From a virus (Duplodnaviria; Caudoviricetes), in IMG/VR virus record IMGVR_UViG_3300031998_000011, positions 32,001 through 96,000 of that record: a stretch of DNA of 64,000 bases. One strand, given 5' to 3'. Shown piece after piece: positions 19,653-28,857 of the stretch. A model generated the notes under the pieces. That model was not told the origin of the DNA and did not search any database. It saw only the letters and a list, made by a program, of their open reading frames with translations. Every line of letters begins with the position of its first letter. Position 1 is the first letter of the stretch. Made by a program: the position numbers and the translations under genes.

Positions 19653-20181
19653 CGCAGCAGCCATCATGGCGATGCGCGAGAGCATGCAGGCCGACTACAA
19701 GCGCCAGAAGCGCATGCAGAAGACCGATGACATCATCGAGTTCATCGCTTCGAACTGGAAGCTGTTCACCGGCAGCAGGACGCAGATGAAGCAGGCCGTT
19801 GATTCCCTGGGGCACAATGGCGTGCCCTACAGTGTTGACGGCCTGTGCGACCTGCTTGGAGTGCCCGACAACGTGTACTTCAAGCGGTCTCCTGTGAAAG
19901 ACATCGGGGCAGCGATCCTTGACTTCAAGAAGAGCAAACTCATGGAACTGTTCCTGAAATGCACGGAAGCGCAAAACGGCGCCGACGTGTGCATGTTTGT
20001 TGTTGCAGGCAAGAGTTCTATCTGCATCACGGACATGCAGACGAACATGGAAGGCGGAATGATGCTGATCCATCTGAAGCCGGCCATTGAGTTCGTTCAG
20101 GACATCCACATTTTCAAGGCGGCAGAGGCTTCCGAGCGTCTGCCCAACCTTTTCAACCACACAGAGGACAATTATGTCTGA
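19642..20181 (+). CDS. hypothetical protein
   Basis: Coupled ORF, SD GGGAG. Confidence 0.65.
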   Translation: MPNNAAAIMAMRESMQADYKRQKRMQKTDDIIEFIASNWKLFTGSRTQMKQAVDSLGHNGVPYSVDGLCDLLGVPDNVYFKRSPVKDIGAAILDFKKSKLMELFLKCTEAQNGADVCMFVVAGKSSICITDMQTNMEGGMMLIHLKPAIEFVQDIHIFKAAEASERLPNLFNHTEDNYV

Positions 20182-21208
20182 TACACAAGAAGAAATCAAT
20201 CTGGCGGAAGTTGCTGCGGCTGAACAGGCCGAAGTGGCTGTCAATGAACAGCAGGAAGCTGCAACCGAAATCGGTGACAACGACGTGCTCATCACGCCGA
20301 ATGTCGTGCTTCCGACCCGTGATGACATGACTATCGCCAAGGTCATGCAGGTGCTGAAACAGAACTTTGACAATTTCTCGTTCGACGTGAATGAGGACTA
20401 TGCCAAGAAGTTCAACAACCTGGACGACCTCATCAGCTACACCGACCGGTCCTTCGGAGATATCTGCAAGGAACGGGAGAAGACCGAGTGCTTTGTCAGA
20501 AACCGTGACGGCGCCGCAATGGCCAGATTCTGGTGCACCTGCAAGGTCCTGAGTGACGTTGCGCTCAGCGGCAAGAAGTACGGCGACCAGGCAGTCAAGC
20601 AGTACGCGGCCCACAGGGGCATCTCCGACAGTTACCTGTACCAGCAGATCAACATCGCTCGGCGCCTCGACATCGTGGATGTGTTCCTGCTTGGTACACG
20701 TGGTATCGGCACCCTGTATCTGCGCAAGCTGGCGGGTTTCAAGGATGACGTCACACGGCAGACCATCATCAACAGCTTCCTGGAGCGGTACACCGATACC
20801 GTGAACAAGAAGGATCGTGACCTGGCGAAGAAAGCCTTCATTTCGGCAATCAATGCCAGTGGCAAGAACACCAAGAACATCGACGCGGCCAATCCGATTG
20901 TCGCTCTGGCTTCCAGCGAGGACTTCGTGCCTACGCCGGAGACCGAGGGCGTCCTGGCTGCAGTCGGTTCCGTGTCGGGCATGCTGAAGAAGCTGTCCCG
21001 GCCGGAAATCATGCACGACCTGGAGCAGTATGGCGACAACTTCTTCATGATGGACAATACGCCGGATGCCGAAAAGCAGCTGGCGAAAGTCAAGGAGAAG
21101 GCCACGGAGCTCAGAGACCTCTGCGAGAAGTCCAAGGACAACCTGGAGTTCGCTCTGCAGAAGCTCGACAGTCTCCTGGCGGTTGAGCTGCTTCCGCACG
21201 AGCAATGA
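20174..21208 (+). CDS. putative DNA-binding protein (HTH-like)
   Basis: KYGDQAVKQYAAHRGISDSYLY HTH-like segment, acidic N-terminus, C-terminal coiled coil. Confidence 0.5.
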   Translation: MSDTQEEINLAEVAAAEQAEVAVNEQQEAATEIGDNDVLITPNVVLPTRDDMTIAKVMQVLKQNFDNFSFDVNEDYAKKFNNLDDLISYTDRSFGDICKEREKTECFVRNRDGAAMARFWCTCKVLSDVALSGKKYGDQAVKQYAAHRGISDSYLYQQINIARRLDIVDVFLLGTRGIGTLYLRKLAGFKDDVTRQTIINSFLERYTDTVNKKDRDLAKKAFISAINASGKNTKNIDAANPIVALASSEDFVPTPETEGVLAAVGSVSGMLKKLSRPEIMHDLEQYGDNFFMMDNTPDAEKQLAKVKEKATELRDLCEKSKDNLEFALQKLDSLLAVELLPHEQ

Positions 21209-21981
21209 AACAGCCTTCGCTCAACTGGGTCGATAAGCATTACGCAGTTGCGCTGAAGCATCTGCCGGAGTTTGCCGACGCCTACATGGATGACGACAAG
21301 CTCCGGCGCTTCTCCCTGCTGTTGCGCAGCGTCTGTCATACGCAGAAAGGTGTTCCATTCAAGAACATATCTGCAGATGCGCTGTGGGAGTCCGTGGAGC
21401 ACCTGAAAGGGAAGCTCATGACACCCGCACTGATGAAGCGCAACACACTGCGTGTCATCGCCAACTGGCACTTCATAGAGGACGGTATGGAAATCCCCAT
21501 GTGGGATGGGGGTTCCTGCGTCACCGACGTTGTGTTCATAGGCGTGACACGTGTGAAAACAGCGGAAGGATCGCAGCCGAAAATGCTTGTCAGGCTCAAG
21601 TTAAAGACGGGTCTGTGTGCGGGCATAATACATGATGCCGTTTTATCGGTCAACAAGGTCGGTTACTTCCTCGACCATGTGGGCGGTGTCGGCCGCTACC
21701 ACTGCAACGTGGAGGAGATCTCCGGCATGCAGGCCAGGCTGACTGTGTATTATGAAGGTCACGAACTGTTCATCAGGGAGTGGCGATGCACGGATCCGCA
21801 GAAGGTTGCAAACCGAAGACTCACGGATGCCAGGACTGATGTGGCGAAATGCACACGTTCCCAGCCTTGCAATGTCTGCAGTGCGGACATCACGCAGTGC
21901 AAGCTGGCGGTCTGGCTTCCAAGAAAGGAACATAAATGTCAGATAAACCAAAAGAAACCAAGTTCCACTTCATCCGAGTGA
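21205..21981 (+). CDS. hypothetical protein with C-terminal Cys cluster
   Basis: ATGA-coupled. C..PCNVC..C. Confidence 0.65.
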   Translation: MKQPSLNWVDKHYAVALKHLPEFADAYMDDDKLRRFSLLLRSVCHTQKGVPFKNISADALWESVEHLKGKLMTPALMKRNTLRVIANWHFIEDGMEIPMWDGGSCVTDVVFIGVTRVKTAEGSQPKMLVRLKLKTGLCAGIIHDAVLSVNKVGYFLDHVGGVGRYHCNVEEISGMQARLTVYYEGHELFIREWRCTDPQKVANRRLTDARTDVAKCTRSQPCNVCSADITQCKLAVWLPRKEHKCQINQKKPSSTSSE

Positions 21982-22712
21982 GAGCCAACAACGAGCCGTC
22001 GTTCTATGACCAGCAAGCAGATATCCGGTGCATCCTGCCGGTGCTCGGCAAGCTGGTGTGCGACGACCTGGAGGCTGTTCATAAGGGTGACAGCCAGTGG
22101 CATAACGATATCAGCTATCTGCGGAACTGTCTGGATGTCTTTGCGATCCGTATCGACGAGGATAACACGCCTCTGGTCGAGCAGATGCAGGAGTTCATTC
22201 AGGCAATCAGCAAGGTCAATCCGCAGGTATTCGCGCAGTTCGCATCCGGCGTGTTCATCATGATGTCCGTCGTGTACGGAGCCATGCAGCGCCGTGATGT
22301 GAAGATCGACGGCAAGGACCAGCGCAAGATGCTATCAGTGGCGACACTGCTGGATGTCATGCGGTTCCTGCCGAAGAACCTGGTCGGGCAGATTTTCGAC
22401 ACGCTGGAGGAGACAGGAGACCTGCTGCACGAAGCAGTGGTGTCCGTTACCAATGCCAGTGTGGTTGATATGGTCCGTGACGGAGACGTCGTGGGAACCT
22501 TTGACCGGCTCAAGGAGCATGCAGCCATGTTCATCAATGCGGAAGGCGACACGTCCTGGAACGGGCTTGCGAATGCCTGTGAAGAGATGTTCAACGCCAT
22601 ACCGCCGGATGCGAACCTGCACGACAAGGTAGCGCTTGCTCTCGCCTATCCGACCTATAAACTTCCAACCCAGTGCGAGATGCCTGCTGATGACGCTGAG
22701 AGACAAGATTGA
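21936..22712 (+). CDS. hypothetical protein
   Basis: SD GAAAGGA, 258 aa. Confidence 0.7.
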   Translation: MSDKPKETKFHFIRVRANNEPSFYDQQADIRCILPVLGKLVCDDLEAVHKGDSQWHNDISYLRNCLDVFAIRIDEDNTPLVEQMQEFIQAISKVNPQVFAQFASGVFIMMSVVYGAMQRRDVKIDGKDQRKMLSVATLLDVMRFLPKNLVGQIFDTLEETGDLLHEAVVSVTNASVVDMVRDGDVVGTFDRLKEHAAMFINAEGDTSWNGLANACEEMFNAIPPDANLHDKVALALAYPTYKLPTQCEMPADDAERQD

Positions 22713-23448
22713 GCGACTTCACCGGATCGGTGATCTGGTGCTGTTCCGGTGGATGACCGGCAAGCACCGTGTGGCGCAGTCTTATGTCATGCTCTCCATG
22801 CTGCGGTTCGAGGTTCTGATTTGCACGAAAGACCATATCTGGTTCAGCAGCTCGGCGCCTTGCTTGTATCTTGACAGGGGCAGACCGCGTATCGTCATGA
22901 AGGACAGAGACGTCCTGACTATTTCCAGTGGACTGCGTCAGGGCATGACCATCATTCCGTCTATGCTGAAGGCTGAGGAAACAGCGACCGAGACGCGCCA
23001 TTGTCGTTGCATTGAAGTCGATGAGACGCACTGCCCGAAGTGGCTGCAGACCAAGGTACTGGCTATCGGTAACGCTCCGGTGTATCCGTTGTCGCACATC
23101 GTGATGCCGGAGCTGTTCCGCATCAGCAAGAACCCGATGTCGCTCCGTCCGTTCTTCAGCAAGGAGATGATGGAGGACATAGGTTCGGTGCCCGGTGACT
23201 CGGTGCAGGACATGCTGGACAAATTCCACTCCAAGTTGAAAATGTTCGGCACGTTCACGGATGACGGTTACATCATCAGTAATGACCTGATCGCTACAGG
23301 CGGCGCATGCGTCGCACAGGCGAAGGGTCTTGGCATCAACGGCTCGATGGTACATCAGGTGACTTTGAACCAGTTCCGGCAGGACATGCTGTCCCGTCAC
23401 TGGAAGGTAGGTCCGGATCATCTGATGAAACCGAAAGGAACACTATGA
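22690..23448 (+). CDS. hypothetical protein
   Basis: Overlapping operon ORF. Confidence 0.65.
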   Translation: MTLRDKIERLHRIGDLVLFRWMTGKHRVAQSYVMLSMLRFEVLICTKDHIWFSSSAPCLYLDRGRPRIVMKDRDVLTISSGLRQGMTIIPSMLKAEETATETRHCRCIEVDETHCPKWLQTKVLAIGNAPVYPLSHIVMPELFRISKNPMSLRPFFSKEMMEDIGSVPGDSVQDMLDKFHSKLKMFGTFTDDGYIISNDLIATGGACVAQAKGLGINGSMVHQVTLNQFRQDMLSRHWKVGPDHLMKPKGTL

Positions 23449-24068
23449 CAGAGTGGTTCAATACATTGCGCATGCTTACGGCATCAGGAGATGTCATGCT
23501 GCTCTGCACGGCGACCACAGGACTGCGCAAGTCTGATCAGGTGCTGGCGATTGCGTACACCAAGTACGACCAGGACGAACAGACGGAGACGAATACGCTG
23601 TTCCGTATGGTCAGTACGGACGCACTGCAGTCGGCCGCCGAATATCACCGCATCACCAAGGATGTGATGCTGGCGAACGCACAATCGGACGACGCCATCA
23701 AAAAGACTCTGACGGAAGCCATGCGGGGCTGCACGATCTTCACCTACAGCGTTCCGTTCCAGCGTAAGGCGCTGACGGAGATGTCCGGCGGGTTCATCGA
23801 CATCATCAGTCCGATGTGCGATCTGCCACTGTGGCTGAAAGCAGGACAGTCGCGGATGCCGTTCGCGGTGGATCTTCCGATTGATGTTGCAGACAAGCAG
23901 ATTGCGAGAAAGCTGACGGCTTTTCCGTGGAAGACTTGCCTGAACATGTACAACATTGTTCCGGAGGCGCCGGCGGGTATCCTGCCGGTGACATACAACG
24001 TGATGGCTCTCAGTCGGCTTTATCAGCAGCTGTGGGAGCAGCCACCAGAGATCTTGCTGGCTGATTGA
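23445..24068 (+). CDS. DnaQ/DEDD-fold exonuclease-like protein, catalytic residues lost
   Basis: LLCTATTGL (cf. DTETTGL), YHRIT (cf. IHGIT), YSVPFQ (cf. HNxxFD), TYNV (cf. ExoIII D). Confidence 0.6.
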   Translation: MTEWFNTLRMLTASGDVMLLCTATTGLRKSDQVLAIAYTKYDQDEQTETNTLFRMVSTDALQSAAEYHRITKDVMLANAQSDDAIKKTLTEAMRGCTIFTYSVPFQRKALTEMSGGFIDIISPMCDLPLWLKAGQSRMPFAVDLPIDVADKQIARKLTAFPWKTCLNMYNIVPEAPAGILPVTYNVMALSRLYQQLWEQPPEILLAD

Positions 24069-24561
24069 CACCGGTCTTGTCGCCGGTGATCGCTGCCAGC
24101 ATAAGAGAACCCCTGTTGACCGTCGTGATCACAGGGGTGTTCTTTGCGTTCATGGAGACAACCGTCGTCGGATTGTTCCAGGAGGACAGGAAGTTGATAG
24201 CGTTGTTCTTCACGAATAAAATGACATGACCGTTCGGTCCGCATGGGTCAACAACGGCAGCCTGGATGCTGTCAGTAGCAAGACGCCATTTGTTCGGATC
24301 GACGGCCAGCAAGACACCGGCCTTTGACAGGTTCGATTTGCCGGTAACCTCATGGACAAAGGACAGACTGTAGCCGGCGATTCTCCTGAAGTCGATGACG
24401 CCTTTCTGGGCGCACTTCGCGACAACAGGGAGAGTCTGCAGCACAGCCTGTTTGATTTTCGTAACGGACGGTTCCACGGTGACAACCGACTCAAAATCGG
24501 AAACTGTGATGCCGTCTGTTATCTTGCTCCCGTAGATGGAGTAACACTTCAACGCTTCCAT
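24010..24561 (-). CDS. hypothetical protein, antisense and head-to-head with the RT
   Basis: 183 aa with the phage's codon preferences (ATC, AAC, GAC, AAG). Fills the gap, and no credible + ORF exists there. Confidence 0.65.
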   Translation of the reverse strand: MEALKCYSIYGSKITDGITVSDFESVVTVEPSVTKIKQAVLQTLPVVAKCAQKGVIDFRRIAGYSLSFVHEVTGKSNLSKAGVLLAVDPNKWRLATDSIQAAVVDPCGPNGHVILFVKNNAINFLSSWNNPTTVVSMNAKNTPVITTVNRGSLMLAAITGDKTGVNQPARSLVAAPTAADKAD

Positions 24562-24572
24562 AAGGACCTGAT

Positions 24573-25583
24573 ATGTTTAAGTTTGGCGAACCCCCGCCGC
24601 TTGATTGGCACGAGTGCCGTATACCCAAGAAGAGTGGTGGCGTAAGACTTCTGGAGATACCGTCCAAGGAACTCCGGCAAGAACAACGCCGTATCCTACA
24701 ATACTGCTACGTGTTGCGTGATGCAGGTCTTCTTCAGGTATCCAATGTGGCGCATGGGTTCTTACCCTATCGCGGCGTTCATACCGCGATTCTGAAACAC
24801 TCGTTGGAAAGCCCCGTGTTCATCTGTCTGGACGTGAAGGACTTCTTCCCGAACTGTCCGGTAGAGGTGTGCGAGGATAAGATGCGTTATGCAGGACTGT
24901 CCAGAGCATGCGTGGAATACATGATGAAATGCTGTACGTGGCAGGGACCAACCTACACGCAACGGCACTTTCCTCAAGGCTCTCCGACGAGTCCGTTCCT
25001 GACCAATATCATTATGTTCGATGTGGACTGCATGATTGCAAGCTACGCCAGGAAGAACGGGTTCCTGTACACCAGGTATGCGGACGACATCCAGTTGTCG
25101 CTGCTGCCGGGTATGCAGAACACCGACAGATTCCATGAGTTGACACGCTGTAAGGACTATCCGTTCGTGGATATCTTCTACGGCATCGAGGCAATTCTGA
25201 AGGATCACCTGGGACTGGAGCTGAAACACACCAAGGACCACGTCATCTGGCGCTGGAGCCGGTGCAAACCGCAGATGCTCGGCATTGTGCTCAGGGACGA
25301 CAACAAAGGCTACAACGCACCGAAGCGCCGGCGCCGGAATGTCCGTGCCGCGCTGCATAACCTTGCCTGGAAAATCAAGGAGAACGGTGATGTTGCGTAC
25401 GAAGAGGACATTCAACAGTGGGCTTCCATCAAGGGAAGCATCGACAACATGGACTGGATCCGGTCGTTCAGCCCCGACTATAATGCGTCGAGCGCGGACC
25501 CCATTATCCAGACCAAGTTCTACAACTATCTCAGTGAGGTAATTGATGGAGAAACTTTACAACCAGCTGTGCCAGACTGCTGA
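24573..25583 (+). CDS. retron-type reverse transcriptase
   Basis: IPKKSGGxR, AHGF, TAILKH (cf. NAxxH), LDVKDFFP, PQGSPTSP, YTRYADD, MLG (cf. VTG). SD TAAGGA. Confidence 0.92.
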   Translation: MFKFGEPPPLDWHECRIPKKSGGVRLLEIPSKELRQEQRRILQYCYVLRDAGLLQVSNVAHGFLPYRGVHTAILKHSLESPVFICLDVKDFFPNCPVEVCEDKMRYAGLSRACVEYMMKCCTWQGPTYTQRHFPQGSPTSPFLTNIIMFDVDCMIASYARKNGFLYTRYADDIQLSLLPGMQNTDRFHELTRCKDYPFVDIFYGIEAILKDHLGLELKHTKDHVIWRWSRCKPQMLGIVLRDDNKGYNAPKRRRRNVRAALHNLAWKIKENGDVAYEEDIQQWASIKGSIDNMDWIRSFSPDYNASSADPIIQTKFYNYLSEVIDGETLQPAVPDC

Positions 25584-27657
25584 AAAAGCCGCCAAGGCAT
25601 ACTACGAAGCTGACAAGCCCATCATGTCCGACGCCGAGTACGACGGCATCCTCCGGCAGCTGGAACAGATCGAAAAGGAGCACCCGGAGCTGAAACGCCC
25701 TGACAGCCTGACTTCCAGAGTCGGCGGCCGGGCAGTTGAAGGCTTCCGTAAGGTACACCACGCGGACTCCAAGGTGCTGTCACTCAAGAACGCCTACAAC
25801 CAGGAAGACCTGGATGCGTTCTGCGACGGTATCGACAAGGCGTGGGAGGAGTATTATTACGGACAGGTGCATGGTCGCACAGTCCGGCAGGCGCCTTCCA
25901 TGAAGTACCTGGTGCAGCCGAAATATGACGGGCTCACGCTTCTGTGCCATTATGTGGACGGCATCCTTGTGCAGGCTCTAACCAGAGGCGACGGACTTGT
26001 CGGCGAGGACGTCACGGCGAATGCCCGCACCATTCTGGATCTGCCCCAGCTGCTGACGGACGAGCGTGTCATTGGCAAGAGCTTCTGGGCTCGTGGTGAG
26101 GTGCTCATGTTCCGTGAGGACTTCGAGCGCATCAATCGTGAATTGGAGATAGACGGTCAGCCTCCGATGGCGAACGAGCGCAACGCGGCAGCCGGATCGC
26201 TCAGGCAGAAGGACCCGAAGGTCACTGCCAAGCGCGGGTTGCACATTGTGTTCTACGACATCCACGGCATGAATCCGTTCTTCGACTATATCGAGACGGA
26301 AGAGGACGTGACGTTCTTCCTGAAGTCCATCGGGTTGCCCAGTGTATGGGACCATCAGTTCGTCGTGGAACGGCATAAGACCGGCATGCCCATCAAGGAA
26401 GCCATCATGCAGCCGTACACCGGCTATAAGATCAAGGACCTCGGTGACAGCATCACTGCGCTCAACATGGCGGTCGGCTACTTCAGTGCCAACAGGAACG
26501 CTCTTGAGTTCCGCATCGACGGCGCTGTGGTAAAAGCCAATGACCTGGGTCTCGATCTGCATGTGCTTGGCGATGCGGAGAAGTACCCGCGCTGGGCAAT
26601 CGCCTATAAGTTCGAGCAGCAGGAATATCCGACGACGCTGCGCAAGGTCGAATGGTGGGTCGGCAGAACCGGCAAGGTCACGCCTGTGGCGTTCTTCGAA
26701 CCGGTGCAGATCGACGGCACCAAGGTTGCGTTCGCTACGCTGAACAACCCGGACTACATCGCAGGGCTCGGCGGACTACACGACGGCGACGTCATCAGTG
26801 TGTACAAAGCTGCGGAGATCATACCGCAGGTGTCTGCCGTGATTACGCCGAACATGAGCAACAGACCATTCGAGACGCCTGTGCTGTGTCCGTCCTGCGG
26901 TGTCAGGCTGGAACGCAGGGGTGCCAACATGTTCTGTCCGAACCAGCTCTGCAAGCAGCGCGTTGTCGCCCAGATGTCGTACTTCGCATCCAAGCCCTGT
27001 ATGGACATAAACGGCGTTGGTCCGCGTCTGCTGGAGGAACTGGTCAGCCGGAACATCATCAGCAAGACCAGCGATCTGTATCTGCTCAGGACGACGGATC
27101 TGATGAAGATCCCCCGCATCAAGGAGAAGTCTGCCCAGAACATCGTGGACAGCATCCAGGAATCCAAGAACAGACCGTTCGACAGAGTACTCTGCAGTCT
27201 TGGGCTGACTGGAGCCGGTTCTGTTATGTGCCGTGAACTTGTCAAGCGCTACAAGGACATCAACAAATTGTTGGATGCAACCGTAGATGACTTGGCGACC
27301 GTGAAAGGCATGGGAAAGAAATCCGCGAAGGATCTCTGGGACGACCTGCACGATGATTCTATCATGCAGGAGATGGACCAGCTGATGCTGGCCGGTGTCC
27401 GCATGGTGGCTGATGAGGAACAGACTGCTACAGGTGCGCTGGAGGGCAAGGTGATCTGTATTACCGGAACGCTCACCAAGCCGCGTACATGGTACAAGGA
27501 CTTCGTACTGTCGAAAGGCGGTGCGTTCTCCGAGTCCCTGACGAAGTCTGTAACGCATCTGGTCGCCGGTGACGGCGGCGGCTCCAAGCGCAGTAAAGCT
27601 GCGAAGCTCGGAGTACCGGTCATCACAGAACAGCAGCTTATGGAGATGGCACAATGA
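25546..27657 (+). CDS. ligA: NAD+-dependent DNA ligase
   Basis: SDAEYD, KYDG, TRGDG, RNAAAGSLRQ, DGAVVK, PRWAIAYKF, C4 Zn finger, HhH, C-terminal BRCT. Confidence 0.97.
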   Translation: MEKLYNQLCQTAEKAAKAYYEADKPIMSDAEYDGILRQLEQIEKEHPELKRPDSLTSRVGGRAVEGFRKVHHADSKVLSLKNAYNQEDLDAFCDGIDKAWEEYYYGQVHGRTVRQAPSMKYLVQPKYDGLTLLCHYVDGILVQALTRGDGLVGEDVTANARTILDLPQLLTDERVIGKSFWARGEVLMFREDFERINRELEIDGQPPMANERNAAAGSLRQKDPKVTAKRGLHIVFYDIHGMNPFFDYIETEEDVTFFLKSIGLPSVWDHQFVVERHKTGMPIKEAIMQPYTGYKIKDLGDSITALNMAVGYFSANRNALEFRIDGAVVKANDLGLDLHVLGDAEKYPRWAIAYKFEQQEYPTTLRKVEWWVGRTGKVTPVAFFEPVQIDGTKVAFATLNNPDYIAGLGGLHDGDVISVYKAAEIIPQVSAVITPNMSNRPFETPVLCPSCGVRLERRGANMFCPNQLCKQRVVAQMSYFASKPCMDINGVGPRLLEELVSRNIISKTSDLYLLRTTDLMKIPRIKEKSAQNIVDSIQESKNRPFDRVLCSLGLTGAGSVMCRELVKRYKDINKLLDATVDDLATVKGMGKKSAKDLWDDLHDDSIMQEMDQLMLAGVRMVADEEQTATGALEGKVICITGTLTKPRTWYKDFVLSKGGAFSESLTKSVTHLVAGDGGGSKRSKAAKLGVPVITEQQLMEMAQ

Positions 27658-28604
27658 CAGAACCAGACATCATGGATATCGACACCGATACTCCGTCCTG
27701 CGACAGTTTCTTCATCGACCGTGACAATGACATGTTCCACATGCACGGCGGCGTCGTCACACGGGTGCTCTTCGAGAATGTTGAGGAGATGTCCATCGAG
27801 GCGCTGCGCAAGGAACTGGACACACCGCTCAAGGATGACCAGATCATGACGGTACGCAGTGCCAGTGGCAGGTACTTCCTGATGTTGCGCGGAGACAAGG
27901 TGATCAAGTACAATGGGTGTAGGTTCCAGGACTGTCTGTGCGACCAGATGCAGAAGTATCTGACGTCGAACACAGGTATCACCTATACGCCCATGAGCCA
28001 GTATCCGCTTGTTCATGCTCACATCAAAGGCACGGAGAAGCACATCACGGTGCGCGTACCGAAGCACAAGATCGTGTTCAAGGGCGACATGTATCTCGGT
28101 AACATCGAGGACGAAATCACGCTGCCTGACCTGTGGTTCTGCGCCAAGCTGAGCCTGCAGAACAGCGTGATGGATGCTCATGTGGCTATCGAGGCAGAGC
28201 AGTCCACGGACCCGAAGGAGTGCAAGCTCCGCATCCTGAGCTTCCCGAACACGTACAGCGACGGGGCTATCTGCTACGGCGGAACCAGAACCAATACGCA
28301 GTACGACACGATGACGGAAGGCATGGCGGTCGCCGGCGCGATATCCCGTCTCTTCAACAGTATCTGGAATAATCATGTGCTGAGTGCGCATGACACGTTC
28401 CTGAATAGCTGTCGCCCCATCTACGAACAGTTGCCATTGCTGGACAAGTACGAGGCGGCCATCAAGAAGTGCTCCGCGCACTCTTATGCCAGTTCCTTCC
28501 TGCGGTATCTGAGGATTCTTCACGAGCCTGACGGATACATGCGGGTGGAACAGCCGTACATGAACCAGCAGTCGGTGCTGAACGTTTACTTGTCGGGGCT
28601 GTAA
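27654..28604 (+). CDS. prokaryotic E2 (Prok-E2 family D / PRTRC protein B-like)
   Basis: LPDLWF...LSFPNTYSDGAICYGG (putative catalytic C207)...LFNSIWN. Neighbours are JAB, E1 and Ubl. Confidence 0.75.
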   Translation: MTEPDIMDIDTDTPSCDSFFIDRDNDMFHMHGGVVTRVLFENVEEMSIEALRKELDTPLKDDQIMTVRSASGRYFLMLRGDKVIKYNGCRFQDCLCDQMQKYLTSNTGITYTPMSQYPLVHAHIKGTEKHITVRVPKHKIVFKGDMYLGNIEDEITLPDLWFCAKLSLQNSVMDAHVAIEAEQSTDPKECKLRILSFPNTYSDGAICYGGTRTNTQYDTMTEGMAVAGAISRLFNSIWNNHVLSAHDTFLNSCRPIYEQLPLLDKYEAAIKKCSAHSYASSFLRYLRILHEPDGYMRVEQPYMNQQSVLNVYLSGL

Positions 28605-28605
28605 G

Positions 28606-28857
28606 ATGAGACACGACTTCCGCAACAAGTCACCGAAGGAAAGACACTTAACTGAACGACACATCATCCAGTATGCTCAGCCGACGTATGTCTGGCATGG
28701 CACAGAAGATGAGATGAAGTTCAGGGCCGTGTTCTTTGCCTGTCATGAGGCCGCTAAGCTGCTGTGTGTACAGCATGCGGCCGACGAGCTTGTACAGCAT
28801 GCTCCTACGCCGAAGCATCCTGAGCTCGTTCACAAGATCACACAAGAAGAGCAATAA
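28606..28857 (+). CDS. small hypothetical protein inside the Ubl cassette
   Basis: 83 aa. Exactly fills the E2-JAB gap, TAATG coupled. Confidence 0.55.
   Translation: MRHDFRNKSPKERHLTERHIIQYAQPTYVWHGTEDEMKFRAVFFACHEAAKLLCVQHAADELVQHAPTPKHPELVHKITQEEQ

Noticed and set aside
24573-25583. RT as part of a DGR or group II intron
   Set aside because: It has QGSPTSP rather than the DGR GNxxSQ motif. No TR/VR pair or avd was seen, and there is no maturase/endonuclease domain or split host gene.
22690-27657. Repeat array or CRISPR associated with the RT
   Set aside because: The flanks are fully coding. No periodic direct repeats or cas genes were found by eye, though a dot-plot would be needed to exclude degenerate repeats.
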